Of a DNA stretch of 64,000 nt, positions 53,153-64,000 are shown one piece after another (within the stretch, counting starts at the first letter, position 1; every line of letters starts with the position of its first letter). The notes beneath the pieces were generated by a model. The model saw only the letters and a list, made by a program, of their open reading frames with translations, did no database searches and was not told the DNA's origin. The position numbers and the translations under genes are program-made. The stretch covers positions 1 to 64,000 of the forward strand of contig CAVSGI010000016.1 of assembly GCA_963727445.1 (NCBI GenBank), read 5' to 3'. This DNA comes from an uncultured delta proteobacterium (GTDB lineage Bacteria; Myxococcota_A; Polyangia; Polyangiales; B10-G4).

Positions 53153-54658
53153 TCAGGCGCGCTTTCGGTAGGCGACGCCGGCCACGAGGAGGGCGAGGGT
53201 GATCGCCACGGCGAAGAGCGACTGGCTCGGCAGCGGGCCGTCGCCCCCCGCGAGGGCGAAGAGGGCGAAGGCGCCGGTGAGCACGCCGAAGGTGACGAGG
53301 CCGCGGGTGGCCGCTGCGCGAACGGCGAGGTGACGCCGAGCGAGGGTCTGCGCGCTGGACCAGACGCGTCGCAGGCGCCGGACGCCGAGGGTCAGCGCGC
53401 CGGCGCTCGCGAGCACGGCGGCCCCGGCGGCCACGACAGGCGCCTGATCGGCGGCGCGCGCCAGGATAGCCGTCGCGCCGGCGAAGGCGACCGTGACCAG
53501 GGCGAGGTCGATCGCGGCGAGGGGCCGCCGGCGCGCGAGGCTCTGCCGGGTCGCCACCGCTTCTTCGACGACGCCGCGGGGCATCACGGCGGTGGCTTCG
53601 GCGTTCGCAGGCGGCTCCACCGCGTCGTCTGCCTCTTCGTTCGGGATCTGGGCGGCGATCTCGTGGAGGCGCCGCTCGACCTCGCGCGCGTCACGGCAGC
53701 GTTGTCGAGGCTCGCGGGCCATGGCGTCTTCGACGAGGCAGATGAGCGCGATGGGCAGCGCGCGATCGAAGCCCGCGAGGGGGCGAGGAGGACCCGAGAG
53801 GAGGCGGGTGAGGCTCGCGGTCGCGTCCTTGGCCTCGAAGGGCGCGTGGCCGGTGAGCATCTTGTAGAGCACCGCGCCGAGGCCATAGACATCGGCCCGA
53901 CCGTCGATGTCCTCGGCGCCGCGGGCCTGCTCCGGCGCCATGTAGGCCGGCGTGCCGACCACCGCGCCGGTGCGGGTGAGCTCGGGCGCGCCGAGGAGCT
54001 TGGCGACCCCGAAGTCGAGGAGCTTCACCGAGAGGCGCGCCCCCGGACGGGCCGCGAGGAAGACGTTCGAGGGCTTGAGGTCGCGGTGCACGATCCCGGC
54101 GCCGTGGGCCGCCGCGAGACCCCGCGCCATCTGACGCGCGATCTCGACAGCGTCCGCGAGGGGGAGGGCACCTTCGCGGGCGATGCGCTGTTGCAGATCC
54201 TCGCCCTCGAGCCGCTCGTAGACGATGCACGGCCGGTCGTCCTCGGTGCGCGTGACGTCGACCACGCTGACGACGTTGTCGGAGTCGACGAGCGCCGCGG
54301 CGCGGGCCTCGCGTTCGAAGCGCGCCACCGCGTCGCCGTTGTCGGCGTAGACGTCGTGGATCACCTTGACCGCGAGGCGCCGCGGCAGGCGTGTGTGCTC
54401 GGCTTCGTAGAGCCGCCCCATGCCGCCCTGAGCGAGGAGGCGCGTGATCCGGTAGCTGCCGGCGAGGATGCGTCCGATGAGCGGGTCGAGGGGCTCGGGG
54501 CTCACGCCGAGGGGCGTGGCGTCACGGGGGCAGACCGCGTAGTCGGCGGGGAAGCGCTCACCGCAGGTAGCGCAGCGGACGCGGCCTATCCGGTGAAGGC
54601 CCGAGCCGCCTGCCTCGCCCTGGGCTTCGGAGTCCGCCCGCTGCTCCATCGCGCCCAC
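53153..54658 (-). CDS. Hanks-type Ser/Thr protein kinase with N-terminal Zn ribbon and C-terminal TM segments
   Basis: CATC...CPRD, GGMG, AVKV, HRDLKPSN, DFG and GTPAYMAPEQ, with four hydrophobic C-terminal segments. Confidence 0.93.
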   Translation of the reverse strand: MGAMEQRADSEAQGEAGGSGLHRIGRVRCATCGERFPADYAVCPRDATPLGVSPEPLDPLIGRILAGSYRITRLLAQGGMGRLYEAEHTRLPRRLAVKVIHDVYADNGDAVARFEREARAAALVDSDNVVSVVDVTRTEDDRPCIVYERLEGEDLQQRIAREGALPLADAVEIARQMARGLAAAHGAGIVHRDLKPSNVFLAARPGARLSVKLLDFGVAKLLGAPELTRTGAVVGTPAYMAPEQARGAEDIDGRADVYGLGAVLYKMLTGHAPFEAKDATASLTRLLSGPPRPLAGFDRALPIALICLVEDAMAREPRQRCRDAREVERRLHEIAAQIPNEEADDAVEPPANAEATAVMPRGVVEEAVATRQSLARRRPLAAIDLALVTVAFAGATAILARAADQAPVVAAGAAVLASAGALTLGVRRLRRVWSSAQTLARRHLAVRAAATRGLVTFGVLTGAFALFALAGGDGPLPSQSLFAVAITLALLVAGVAYRKRA

Positions 54659-54797
54659 CGTACCCGTGCCCGGTGAATCGGTCAGGAAACTGGCGATTCA
54701 CTCGGTGCGCACGTTCAGGGGTCCTCTGGCCGCATTCCTCGTGGGCCTGAGCCGTCTCCTCGCGCCAGCGGTGGCGTTCTGTCATACCCCACGCGCC

Positions 54798-55141
54798 ATG
54801 GACGACCGCGAGCACTACTACCACGCCCACGACCTCGGTCGCTTCGGTGAGATCGGCGACCACGCGCCCGAGCTCGCGAAGAAGTTCTTCGATTGGTACG
54901 ACGCCGTCTTCGAGGAGGGCGCGCTCTCCCAGCGCGAAAAGGCCCTCATCGCCCTGGCCGTCGCCCACGCCATCCAGTGTCCCTACTGCATCGACGCCTA
55001 CAGCCACGGCGCGCAGGAGAAGGGCGCCGACATGGAGCAGATGACCGAGGCGGTCCACGTCGCGGCCGCCATCCGCGGGGGCGCGTCGCTGGTCCACGGG
55101 GTCCAGATGCGCAACCACGCCGCCCGCCGGTCGATGGGCTG

Positions 55142-55142
<1 letters not shown>
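54798..55142 (+). CDS. AhpD/CMD-like peroxidase-related protein associated with ArsS
   Basis: EGALSQREKALIALAVAHAIQCPYCIDAY and EAVHVAAAIRGGASLVHGVQM. Its stop overlaps the radical SAM start. Confidence 0.88.
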
Positions 55143-56194
<1,052 letters not shown>

Positions 56195-56197
56195 CGC

Positions 56198-56824
56198 TCA
56201 GAAGCTCGCGAAGTCACCTCCGACAGAGATGCTGAAGCCGACGAGATCGTCGACGTCGGGAGCGTAGAGCAGGGCCTTCACGTCGACGGGCCCGAAGCGG
56301 TACCCACCGCCGATGGCGAGGGCGAAGGAGCTGTCGCTGCTCGTGCCGCTCGCGCCGCCCCAGGCCGTCGATACGGAGCCGGAGGCGAAGCCAATCGTCG
56401 CCCCGAGCTCGGCCGTGATGAAAGGCGTCGGCCCGCCGTCACCGAAGAATCGGTACTCGCCGCCGAGCATCAGCGGCACGAAGCCGAGGGTCACGTCGTT
56501 GGGCACGCCGAAGTGATGCAGGTAGCCGCCGCGAAAGGTGATGGCGACGTTCGGATGAAGGTCCCAGGCGAAGCGGATGTCTCCGCCGATGGCGACGGCG
56601 GCGGCGCTCGCGTAGTCGCCGACCGGGATCACCAGGTTGGCCTGGGCGCCGAGACGAAAGCGAGCGGGGGGTGGCGTTTGCTCCACGGCGGTGACGGGCG
56701 CGCCCTCGGGCTTTTCGTCCGCGACGAGGACCGCGGTCTGCGCAGCAGCGACGGTGGGAGAGAGCGCGGCGAGGAGCGCGAAGAAGACGAGGGAAGGGAT
56801 GGCGATGCGAGGGGATTCGATCAT
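56198..56824 (-). CDS. Small outer-membrane beta-barrel protein
   Basis: GGAGG RBS, signal peptide ending AAAQ, alternating beta-strands (GGYLHHF, GGEYRF, GGGYRF) and a terminal Phe. Confidence 0.7.
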   Translation of the reverse strand: MIESPRIAIPSLVFFALLAALSPTVAAAQTAVLVADEKPEGAPVTAVEQTPPPARFRLGAQANLVIPVGDYASAAAVAIGGDIRFAWDLHPNVAITFRGGYLHHFGVPNDVTLGFVPLMLGGEYRFFGDGGPTPFITAELGATIGFASGSVSTAWGGASGTSSDSSFALAIGGGYRFGPVDVKALLYAPDVDDLVGFSISVGGDFASF

Positions 56825-56856
56825 GGTGCGGAGCACCTCCTTTGCCGTCGTTCGTT

Positions 56857-56872
56857 TCCAAGATGCGTGCCG
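56857..56872 (-). promoter_or_regulatory. Candidate sigma54 -24/-12 promoter for the beta-barrel gene
   Basis: The minus strand reads CGGCACGCATCTTGGA against consensus TGGCACG-N4-TTGCW. The -12 GC is GG here. Confidence 0.5.
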
Positions 56873-56970
56873 CGGCGGGATGGGGCCGAAAAGCGCGTCC
56901 ATCCCTCGGTCGTCCGCGATCCGGCGCGCCGGAACGGCGCGACTGCGCCGAAGCGGCGCTTCGCGCGCGC

Positions 56971-58419
56971 TTACTTCTTCCGCGGGCGGTCGATGCCGTA
57001 CGCGTCGAGGCGCTTGACGAAGGTGCGCCGCGGCATGCCGAGGAGCTTCGCCGCTTGCGTCTGATTGCCGTCGCACTTCTCGAGCGCCTCTTCGATGCGT
57101 CGCTTCTCGAGCGCCGCCATCTCCTCTTCGAGGGTCTGCGGCGCCGACGCGCCGACGCCGGGGAGCGGCTGGCTGGGAGCGGGCGCGCTGGCGATGGCCT
57201 GGCTCGCCGGATGGCTGACCTCGGGCGGAAGGTGATCGGGGAGGATGGGGCCGCTGCCGGCGAGCACCACCGAGCGCTCGATGGCGTTGCGGAGCTCGCG
57301 CACGTTGCCCGGCCAGTCGTGGGCCTCGAGGAGCGCCAGGGTGCCCGGCGCCAGATCCGGCGCGGGGCCAGCGCCGCTCACGCCTTTCACGAAGCGCTTC
57401 GCCAGCGGCGCGATCTCGGACTTCCGGGCGCGGAGCGGAGGGATCTCGAGGCTGATCCCGTTGAGCCGATAGAAGAGGTCCAGCCGGAAGCGTCCGGCCT
57501 CGCATTCGTGGCGCAGGTCGCGGTTGGTGGCAGCGATGAAGCGGACGTCGATGGAGCGCGGCTCGAGGCTGCCGACGCGCATCACTTTCCGCTCCTCGAG
57601 GACGCGCAGGAGCTTGGCCTGGATGGCGGGGGAGAGCTCGCCGACCTCGTCGAGGAAGACCGTGCCGCCCGCAGCTGCCTCGAGCAGGCCGGGCTTGTCC
57701 TTCATCGCGCCGGTGAAGGCGCCGCGCACGTGTCCGAAGAGCTCGGACTCGACCAGATTCTCGCTGAGCGCGGAGCAGTTGAGCTTGAGGTAGGGCCCGT
57801 TGCGCCGCGCCGACGACTCGTGGATCGCCTGGGCGATCACCTCCTTGCCGACACCGGTCTCGCCGAGGAGGAGGACCGACAGCTCCGAGGGCGCGATGCG
57901 CTCGACCATCCCGTAGAGCCGCTCCATCGCCGGGTCTCGGACGACGGGCGGCCCACCCGGTGTGAGGCTCGGGCGCTCTTCGCCCTCGGTGCGCGTCGCC
58001 CCCACCGCCGGCAGCATCGACGGCTGATGCAACACCACCACGACCGAGCCGAGCTCCACCGCCTGGCCGACCTCCACCGGCGTGAGCTCGCCGGGGGTGA
58101 GCGGGCGCTGCCCCACGCGGACGCCGTTGGCGCTCCCCAAGTCCCGAATCGCCGGCTGCGTCCGTCCGGTGACGAGCTCGGCGTGTTTGCGCGAGATGGA
58201 TGCCTCGTCGATCTGGATGTCGACGTCGCTCGCGCGTCCGATGATCACCTCGCCGGCGCGCGGCAGCGCATGCACCACGCCGCCGCCCGGCCCCACCACC
58301 AGAAGGCAGAGCCCCGGATCCTCGGTGGGCTCCGCGAGCTTCGCCGTCTCGTCGTCGAGAGCGATCCCCTTCCGTTCGTCACCCACCGCGCCGAATCTTA
58401 GCGCACGGATTTCATTCAT
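56971..58419 (-). CDS. FHA-domain sigma54-dependent enhancer-binding protein
   Basis: FHA (IGR...SISRKHA...DLGSANG), Walker A GETGVGKE, ESELFGHVRGAFTGA, FLDEVGE, FRLDLFYRL, WPGNVREL and a Fis-type HTH GNQTQAAKLLG. Confidence 0.95.
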   Translation of the reverse strand: MNEIRALRFGAVGDERKGIALDDETAKLAEPTEDPGLCLLVVGPGGGVVHALPRAGEVIIGRASDVDIQIDEASISRKHAELVTGRTQPAIRDLGSANGVRVGQRPLTPGELTPVEVGQAVELGSVVVVLHQPSMLPAVGATRTEGEERPSLTPGGPPVVRDPAMERLYGMVERIAPSELSVLLLGETGVGKEVIAQAIHESSARRNGPYLKLNCSALSENLVESELFGHVRGAFTGAMKDKPGLLEAAAGGTVFLDEVGELSPAIQAKLLRVLEERKVMRVGSLEPRSIDVRFIAATNRDLRHECEAGRFRLDLFYRLNGISLEIPPLRARKSEIAPLAKRFVKGVSGAGPAPDLAPGTLALLEAHDWPGNVRELRNAIERSVVLAGSGPILPDHLPPEVSHPASQAIASAPAPSQPLPGVGASAPQTLEEEMAALEKRRIEEALEKCDGNQTQAAKLLGMPRRTFVKRLDAYGIDRPRKK

Positions 58420-60287
58420 GGTGCGTCCACCGTGACCCGCGTGGTCTCGCCCGAGCGAACCACCACGCTTCGACGGATCGGAGCACCGTCGCCGAAGGGA
58501 CGGATCACGACGCGATGGCGCCCCGGGGGAAGCGTGAGCTCGCGGGGCGTGTCGCCACGCTGGCTGCCGTCGACCACGAAGGTGCCCCAGCCGCCGCGCA
58601 CGCCGAGGGAGAGACGACCGGGGGAGGGGGAAGGCGGCGTCGGAGGTGGGGTCGCCGCCATGTGAGACGGCAGGTTCTCAGGCGACGGATCGGGCTCCCT
58701 TTGTGTCGATTGGGCGGGGTGCGGCTGAACGTGCTCACGGGGTGCGTCGGTAGAAGCGGACGCGGGCGGAGTTGGCCGCGGCGACGGCGTCGGCGACGGT
58801 GACCGAGACTGACTCGGAGGCGGCGTCGGAGCTGGAGACGGACCCGGAGACGGCGTCGGAGACGGCGAAGGCCGGGTCGCGAAGAACGCCGCCCCACCGA
58901 CGGCGGCGAGCAGCACGACGGCGGCGAGAGCGATGATCGCGCTGCGCGGCTTGCCGTGCGTGGGGAGCACGACCGACTCCGTTTGATAGGCGGCGGGGCG
59001 GGTGGAGTGGACCGGAGCGGGGTCGGCGCGCTGAGCAGGGCTCGCCACGGGCGCCTCCGGCGCCGGTTCGGCCTCCGAAGCGGTCGGCGCGGGAGGCAGC
59101 CGCTCGATGGCCGTCTCCAAAGTGGTCGGCTTCGGCCGCTCACCCATGCCCCCCTCGCGCAGCGTGTCCATCCCTTCGCGCGCCTTCGCGCGGATGTCGC
59201 TCCCCTCCTCGACCGCGGTGGGGACCATGTCGGCTTCGACGCGCGCGAAGCGCTCGGTGTCGGGGACGCGCTCGATGCGAGTTCCGCTGCGGGCCGCGTC
59301 AATCATTCGCTGCTTGGCCTCGCGATGCTCGGCGAAGAGGCTCTCCATCCACTCGGCCAGCTCCGCCATGCCCATCACTTCGCCGGTCGACGCGACCACC
59401 CGGCGGAGCGCACGACCGAGCTCGCGGGCGCTCTTTGGCCTCTCGGCGGGGTCGCGACTCAGGGCGCTGGCGACGACGTCGTCGAGGCCCGGAGGCAGGT
59501 TGGGCGCAAAGGTCGAGACCGCGGGGATGAAGCCCGTCAGGACGGCGTCGATGGTCTTGCCCTGGCTCTCCCGCCGGAAGAGGCGACGGCAGGCGAGAAG
59601 CTCCCAGAGCGTGACGCCGATCGCCCACAGGTCCGCGCGGCGGTCGAGGTCGTCGCCGCGAAGCTGCTCGGGCGGCATGTACGCGACCTTGCCCTTGATC
59701 GTGCCGGACAAGGTCTTGTGCAGGCGCCCGGCTGCGCGCGCGATCCCGAAATCCACCACGCGCACGCCGCCGTCGTAGGTGACGAAGATGTTGTGCGGGG
59801 ACACGTCGCGATGGACGACGTTCAGCGGGGTGCCGTCATCGCCGCGGAGCTCGTGCGCGACGTGCAGCCCCTCGCACGCCGCGGCGAGGATCGTGGTCAC
59901 GAGGATGGGGTAGAGGTGGGTGGCCCGCGCTTGTGGCTGTGTCGCGACACGGCCGAGCACCGAAGCCAGTGACTCGCCGTGGAGGTAGTCCATCGCGAGA
60001 TAGAAGGTCCCCGCCTCCTCACCGACGTCGAAGACGCTGCCCACGTTGGCGTGGGTGATGCGCGAGGCGATGCGCGCCTCGTCGAGGAACATCTCGATGA
60101 ACTCGCTCTGTGTGGCGAGACGGGGGTGAACGACCTTGAGGGCGACGAGCTTGTCGAAGCCCGCGGGACCGGTGGCGCGGGCGAGATAGACCGTCGCCAT
60201 GCCGCCCGAGGCGAGCTTCGCGCAGATCTCGTAGCGGCCCAGACGCCGGCCGACCGCCAGCTCCTGGTCTTCGGCGAGGGCGTTCAC
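58416..60287 (-). CDS. Membrane Ser/Thr protein kinase with Pro/Ser-rich linker and C-terminal PEGA-like domain
   Basis: GTG 60287 overlaps the upstream stop. GGMATVY, ALK, HRDVSPHN, DFGIA and GKVAYMPPEQ, then one TM and VDG...G.TP..LTLPPGRH. Confidence 0.92.
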   Translation of the reverse strand: MNALAEDQELAVGRRLGRYEICAKLASGGMATVYLARATGPAGFDKLVALKVVHPRLATQSEFIEMFLDEARIASRITHANVGSVFDVGEEAGTFYLAMDYLHGESLASVLGRVATQPQARATHLYPILVTTILAAACEGLHVAHELRGDDGTPLNVVHRDVSPHNIFVTYDGGVRVVDFGIARAAGRLHKTLSGTIKGKVAYMPPEQLRGDDLDRRADLWAIGVTLWELLACRRLFRRESQGKTIDAVLTGFIPAVSTFAPNLPPGLDDVVASALSRDPAERPKSARELGRALRRVVASTGEVMGMAELAEWMESLFAEHREAKQRMIDAARSGTRIERVPDTERFARVEADMVPTAVEEGSDIRAKAREGMDTLREGGMGERPKPTTLETAIERLPPAPTASEAEPAPEAPVASPAQRADPAPVHSTRPAAYQTESVVLPTHGKPRSAIIALAAVVLLAAVGGAAFFATRPSPSPTPSPGPSPAPTPPPSQSRSPSPTPSPRPTPPASASTDAPREHVQPHPAQSTQREPDPSPENLPSHMAATPPPTPPSPSPGRLSLGVRGGWGTFVVDGSQRGDTPRELTLPPGRHRVVIRPFGDGAPIRRSVVVRSGETTRVTVDAP

Positions 60288-61180
60288 AGCGAGACGCCCG
60301 GGAGGCTGGGCGTGGTGTCGTCGCTCGGGACCGCGAGGGCCACGATGATCGCCAAGAGAGCAACCGTGATCACGGCGCCGCCGACGATGAACGGCCACAC
60401 GGGCAGACCGTCGTCGCCCTCGGGAGGCGGGACGTCCTCGAGGGGCTCCGCCTCGTCGCTGCCGCTCGTCGGCACGTGAGGAGCGTTCGCGCGCGCGTTC
60501 GAGGTCGGCGTCGTGCCGGCGGCGTGCGCGGGCTGCGGGAGCTCGGACGCCGCCAGGACTTCGGGCGTCTCTTCGGAGCCGACCGCGGCCAGCGGAGCGC
60601 CGCCGGGTCCGAGGGCCCGCACGAAGTAGCTCACGCCCTGAGTCGGCGCGGCCTGGACGCGGACCTCGGCGCCTTCGTGCGTCACGTACGCCGCGTTGCC
60701 CACCCGCGCGGAGACGACGAGGCGCGTGACGAGCGACCCGGCATCGCCCGTGGCGTGGCTGGTCACCACCACCGCATCGCCGCTGCGCTCGGCGCTCGCC
60801 TCGACCGCGAGCGGCGCGGCGCCTTGCATGGCTTCGCGCAGTCGACGGGCCAGGCGTGGCGGGATCTGGCGTGAGGGGGTGTAGTCCGGGGCGATCGACG
60901 CGAGGCCTCGCGCCGCCTGGGTGAAGGCCTCGTCGTCGCGCTGCCCGTGGTGAACGATGGCGCGCCCCTCGAGGAGGGCCACCAGGTCGTCCTTGGTGAG
61001 GTCGGAGGAAGCGGCGGCGCGGTCGAAGGCGGCGAGCGCTTCGCCGAAGCGCGCCTCGAGGGCGAGGCGGCGCCCCTCCGCGATCGCATCTGCGCCACCG
61101 CCCGACGCCGACGCTCGTCCCGGCGCGAGGACCGAGACGAGCAGCGTGAAGAGCAGCGTGATTGGCACGGCGATTCGCAA
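60284..61180 (-). CDS. Exported TPR-like protein with C-terminal membrane anchor
   Basis: Signal peptide, helical [14 protein letters not shown] segment and a C-terminal [25 protein letters not shown]. Confidence 0.65.
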   Translation of the reverse strand: MRIAVPITLLFTLLVSVLAPGRASASGGGADAIAEGRRLALEARFGEALAAFDRAAASSDLTKDDLVALLEGRAIVHHGQRDDEAFTQAARGLASIAPDYTPSRQIPPRLARRLREAMQGAAPLAVEASAERSGDAVVVTSHATGDAGSLVTRLVVSARVGNAAYVTHEGAEVRVQAAPTQGVSYFVRALGPGGAPLAAVGSEETPEVLAASELPQPAHAAGTTPTSNARANAPHVPTSGSDEAEPLEDVPPPEGDDGLPVWPFIVGGAVITVALLAIIVALAVPSDDTTPSLPGVSL

Positions 61181-61221
61181 GAGGGCCTCCGATGGCCGTT
61201 CGGATTCTACAATGGAGCGAC

Positions 61222-61923
61222 TCAGAGGGGCGACAGCTCGAAGACGTCGGCGTCGCCTTGCTCGCCATAGATGATGGTGTCGCCGTCGCGGCAGTAGTCG
61301 TAGATGCGGCCGCCGTCGGTGATCAGGCTGTTTCCTTCGAGGTGATAGCCGTCGGCCTCGCTCTCGGCCGCCGTGCGGCTCAGCGTGCAGTCACAGCCCC
61401 CCGCGGCGGTGTCGGTGCACGAGGCATCTCCTCCGGAGGCGAGCAGGCCCGCGAGCATGGCGCAGCCGAGGACGTTGCAGCTCGCCGGGATCCCAATCGA
61501 CGCCTCGGTGCTCACGGTCGACTCGCGCTCGACGGTGAAGGCATCGATGCGCACGACGCCGGAGGCGGTCGCCGTGGCGTCGATGGTGGCGGCCGGGCAG
61601 GCGTCGCGGACGTCGGAGAGGTCCACCTGGACGCATCCGTCGGTGTAGGCCCAGGTCCCGACCACGTCGCCGCCGCAGGGGGTGAAGCCCTCGCATGCGG
61701 CGGAGAGCGTCACGTCGATGGTGGGCGCCGTGGGCAGGGGCGTAGCGCCGCCGCCGTCGGCCATCATCGCGCCGCCCGCGTCGTCATCGGGGAGGGTGCT
61801 GTCGCCGTCGGAATGGCGCGTGCCGCCGTCGGGGCTTGTGCTCGCAGGCGCGTTGGACTGCTGACAGGCGAGGAGACCGAGAGCGAGGAGCGAAGCGAAG
61901 AGGGGAGACTGAATTCGGACCAT
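61222..61923 (-). CDS. Cys-containing lipoprotein of unknown function
   Basis: GGAGG RBS, lipobox LGLLAC, a DGG/DAG linker, then [15 protein letters not shown] and YDYC. Confidence 0.75.
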   Translation of the reverse strand: MVRIQSPLFASLLALGLLACQQSNAPASTSPDGGTRHSDGDSTLPDDDAGGAMMADGGGATPLPTAPTIDVTLSAACEGFTPCGGDVVGTWAYTDGCVQVDLSDVRDACPAATIDATATASGVVRIDAFTVERESTVSTEASIGIPASCNVLGCAMLAGLLASGGDASCTDTAAGGCDCTLSRTAAESEADGYHLEGNSLITDGGRIYDYCRDGDTIIYGEQGDADVFELSPL

Positions 61924-61964
61924 GGGTGGGTTCCTCCGTGGGTGGGTAGGTGCAGGACGCACAG

Positions 61965-61980
61965 AGCGAAGCGCGTGCCA
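61965..61980 (-). promoter_or_regulatory. Candidate sigma54 -24/-12 promoter for the lipoprotein-TPR-kinase-EBP genes
   Basis: The minus strand reads TGGCACGCGCTTCGCT (GG-N10-GC), about 40 bp upstream of the ATG at 61923. Confidence 0.7.
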
Positions 61981-62121
61981 TGCGCGAAAACCCGGACAAG
62001 ACGGTCTCCTCACCGGAGGTTGTGCCGCTTGGGCGCGAGCCTGGCGCGGCCGGTTGAGCCGAGCGGGCACGACCTGCCTCGGTGGTTGACGTGCTCCCAC
62101 CCCGGCCGCTACATCCCTGTC

Positions 62122-62531
62122 ATGGCGGACCGCAAGGTACGGATTCTGGTCGCGAAACCCGGCCTCGACGGCCACGATCGCGGAGCGAAGGTCGTGGCGC
62201 GGGCCCTCAGGGACGCGGGCTTCGAGGTGATCTACACGGGCCTTCACCAGACGCCGGAGATGATCGCGGCCGCGGCCGTGCAGGAGGACGTCGACGTCGT
62301 CGGCCTGTCGATCATGAGCGGCGCCCACAACACGCTCTTCCCGGCGGTGATGGACGCGCTCAAGGAGCGCGGCGCCGACGACATCGCGCTCTTCGGCGGC
62401 GGGATCATCCCCGAAGAGGACGTCGAGGCGCTCCGAAGGCCAAAGGGGTCAAGGGCCTCTTCACGCCCGGCACGCCCCTGGCCGAGATCATCCAATGGGT
62501 CCACGACAACGTGACCCCGAGGCAGGCGTAG
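62122..62531 (+). CDS. Cobalamin-binding subunit of an acyl-CoA mutase (methylmalonyl-CoA mutase C-terminal-like); one frameshift
   Basis: [13 protein letters not shown] (DxHxxG), [15 protein letters not shown] and FTPGT in the next frame. Confidence 0.92.
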
Positions 62532-62536
62532 ACGAG

Positions 62537-63677
62537 ATGGATTTCGAGCTCAGCGAGACACACCAGAGCATCCGCGACACCGCGCGAGCCTTCGCCCAGA
62601 AGGAGGTCGCCCCTCACGCCCGGAAATGGGACGAGGAGGAGCGCTTCCCGACGGAGATCATCCCGAAGCTCGGCGAGCTCGGCTTCCTCGGCATCCGCAT
62701 CCCCGAAGCGTACGGCGGCGCCGAGCTCGACACGCTCGCCTACTCGATCATCGTCGAGGAGATCGCGCGCGTCGACGGCTCGCTGGCGCTCACGGTGGCG
62801 TCGCACAACGGGCTCGGCTCGAGCCACCTGATGACCTTCGGCAGCGAAGCGCTGAAGCAAGAAGTACCTGCCCAAGCTCGCGACGGGCGAATGGCTGGGC
62901 GCATGGGCGCTGACCGAGCCGGGCTCGGGGAGCGACGCTGCGGGCATGGCCACCCGCGCCGTGCGGGACGGCGACGACTGGATCCTCAACGGCACCAAGA
63001 TGTTCATCACGCAGGGCTCCGTGGGCGGCGTCTGCGTGGTGCTGGCGCTGACCACGCCGGAGAAGAAGCAGCACGGGATCACCGCGTTTGCGGTGGAGAT
63101 GGGCACTCCGGGCTTCAGCGCCTCCAAGCACATCGAGAAGCTCGGCTGCCGCTCGAGCGACACCGTCGAGCTGACCCTCGAGGACGTGCGCATCCCGGAC
63201 TCACAGCGGGTGGGCGAAGTCGACGACGGCTTCATCGACACCCTGAAGATCCTGGACCGCGGTCGGGTGAGCATCGCGTCCATGGCCCTGGGCCTGGGGG
63301 AGGGCGCGCTCTCGGCGGCGCTCACCTACGCCAAGGACCGCAAGCAGTTCGGCAAGCCCATCGCCGACTTCCAGGCGATCCAATGGATGATCGCCGACGC
63401 CCGCACCGAGCTCGACGCCGCGCGCCTGCTGACCTGGCGCGCCGCCGTGAAGGCAGACAGCGGCGGCCGCTACTCACGCGAGGCCTCGATGGCCAAGCTC
63501 TACGCTTCCGAAGCGGCGAGCCGCGCCATCAACAAGGCGCTGCAGATCCACGGCGGCTACGGCTACACCCGCGAGTTCCCCGTCGAACGCCACCTCCGCG
63601 ACGCCAAGATCTGCGAGATCGGCGAAGGCACCAGCGAAGTGCAGCGCATGATCATCGCCCGTCACGCGCTCGCCTGA
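62537..63677 (+). CDS. Acyl-CoA dehydrogenase; one frameshift
   Basis: MDFELSE, GELGFLG, ALTEPGSGSD, LNGTKMFIT, KLGCRSS, RKQFGKPI, LQIHGGYGY and IGEGTSEVQR. Confidence 0.93.
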
Positions 63678-64000
63678 GGGACGGGCGGCCGAGGACCTCG
63701 GCGCGGACCTGGATGACGCCGGCGTGAATCATGCCGATGCGCTCGGCGGCGGCGCGGCTCAGGTCGAGGATGCGGCGGCGGTCGCCGAAGGGGCCGCGGT
63801 CGTTGATGCGGACGATGACCGAGTCGCCGGTGTCGATCCGGGTGACGCGCACCAGGGTGTCGAAGGCGAGGTTTCGGTTGGCTGCGGTGAGCAGGGTGGG
63901 GTCGTAGGGCTCGCCGCTCGCGGTGGGGTGGCCGGCGAGGCTGTCCGCGTAGTAGCTCGCGCGACCGGTGAAGGTGCGCAGCACGCGGTAGCCGCCGCGC
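63652..64000 (-). CDS. rlpA: RlpA-like double-psi beta-barrel protein (5' part outside the window)
   Basis: GRASYY...G.PTASGE.YD...LTAA and VRINDRGPF...RILDLSRAAA. Confidence 0.88.
   Translation of the reverse strand, partial: RGGYRVLRTFTGRASYYADSLAGHPTASGEPYDPTLLTAANRNLAFDTLVRVTRIDTGDSVIVRINDRGPFGDRRRILDLSRAAAERIGMIHAGVIQVRAEVLGRPSLRRARDGR

Noticed and set aside
58780..58870. GACGGC/GTCGGA short tandem repeats
   Set aside because: They encode the Pro/Ser/Thr linker of the kinase and are not an independent element.
61163..61180. Plus-strand TGGCACGGCGATTCGC as a sigma54 promoter
   Set aside because: The spacing is GG-N11-GC, it lies inside a coding start, and it points away from any nearby plus-strand gene.
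62430..62880. Programmed frameshifting in the B12-binding and acyl-CoA dehydrogenase genes
   Set aside because: No slippery heptamer was seen. These are single indels in housekeeping genes, consistent with the sequencing errors elsewhere in the window.

Overview
GC-rich bacterial DNA whose gene content suggests a myxobacterium (Myxococcota-like): several eukaryote-type Ser/Thr kinases, an FHA-sigma54 activator, a PP2C phosphatase and Cys-rich lipoproteins. That assignment is inference. Bases ~260-38,200 are a large, almost entirely minus-strand surface-polysaccharide locus. It encodes Wzc, a Wzy-like polymerase, an O-antigen-ligase/TPR protein, a PglF/E/D/C-type initiation pathway, NeuB/NeuC, WecB, nucleotide-sugar dehydrogenases and epimerases, Fcl, an AsnB-like amidotransferase, glycosyltransferases and a heparinase II/III protein. 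The locus ends in a separately promoted five-gene cassette: adenylation enzyme, GNAT, carrier protein, MBOAT and SGNH protein. This looks like a Dlt-like aminoacyl-transfer system with an extra N-acetyltransferase and is the best candidate for a new system. Several repeat-rich lipoprotein genes are interleaved with or flank the locus. Many genes left of ~40.5 kb are split by frameshifts, most likely long-read indel errors, so their coordinates are reconstructed across frames and are approximate. Bases ~42-64 kb are nearly frameshift-free. They carry ugd, an NDP-sugar nucleotidyltransferase, an IgGFc-binding lipoprotein, a tandem 188-bp multi-hairpin repeat, PP2C, a UDG/acidic Asp-box/HEAT/SWIM-like gene run, kinases, ArsS plus its CMD partner, a sigma54 signalling module with two candidate -24/-12 promoters and shared palindromic enhancers, a B12-binding mutase subunit, an acyl-CoA dehydrogenase and a partial RlpA. 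No rRNA, tRNA, CRISPR array or transposase was recognised.
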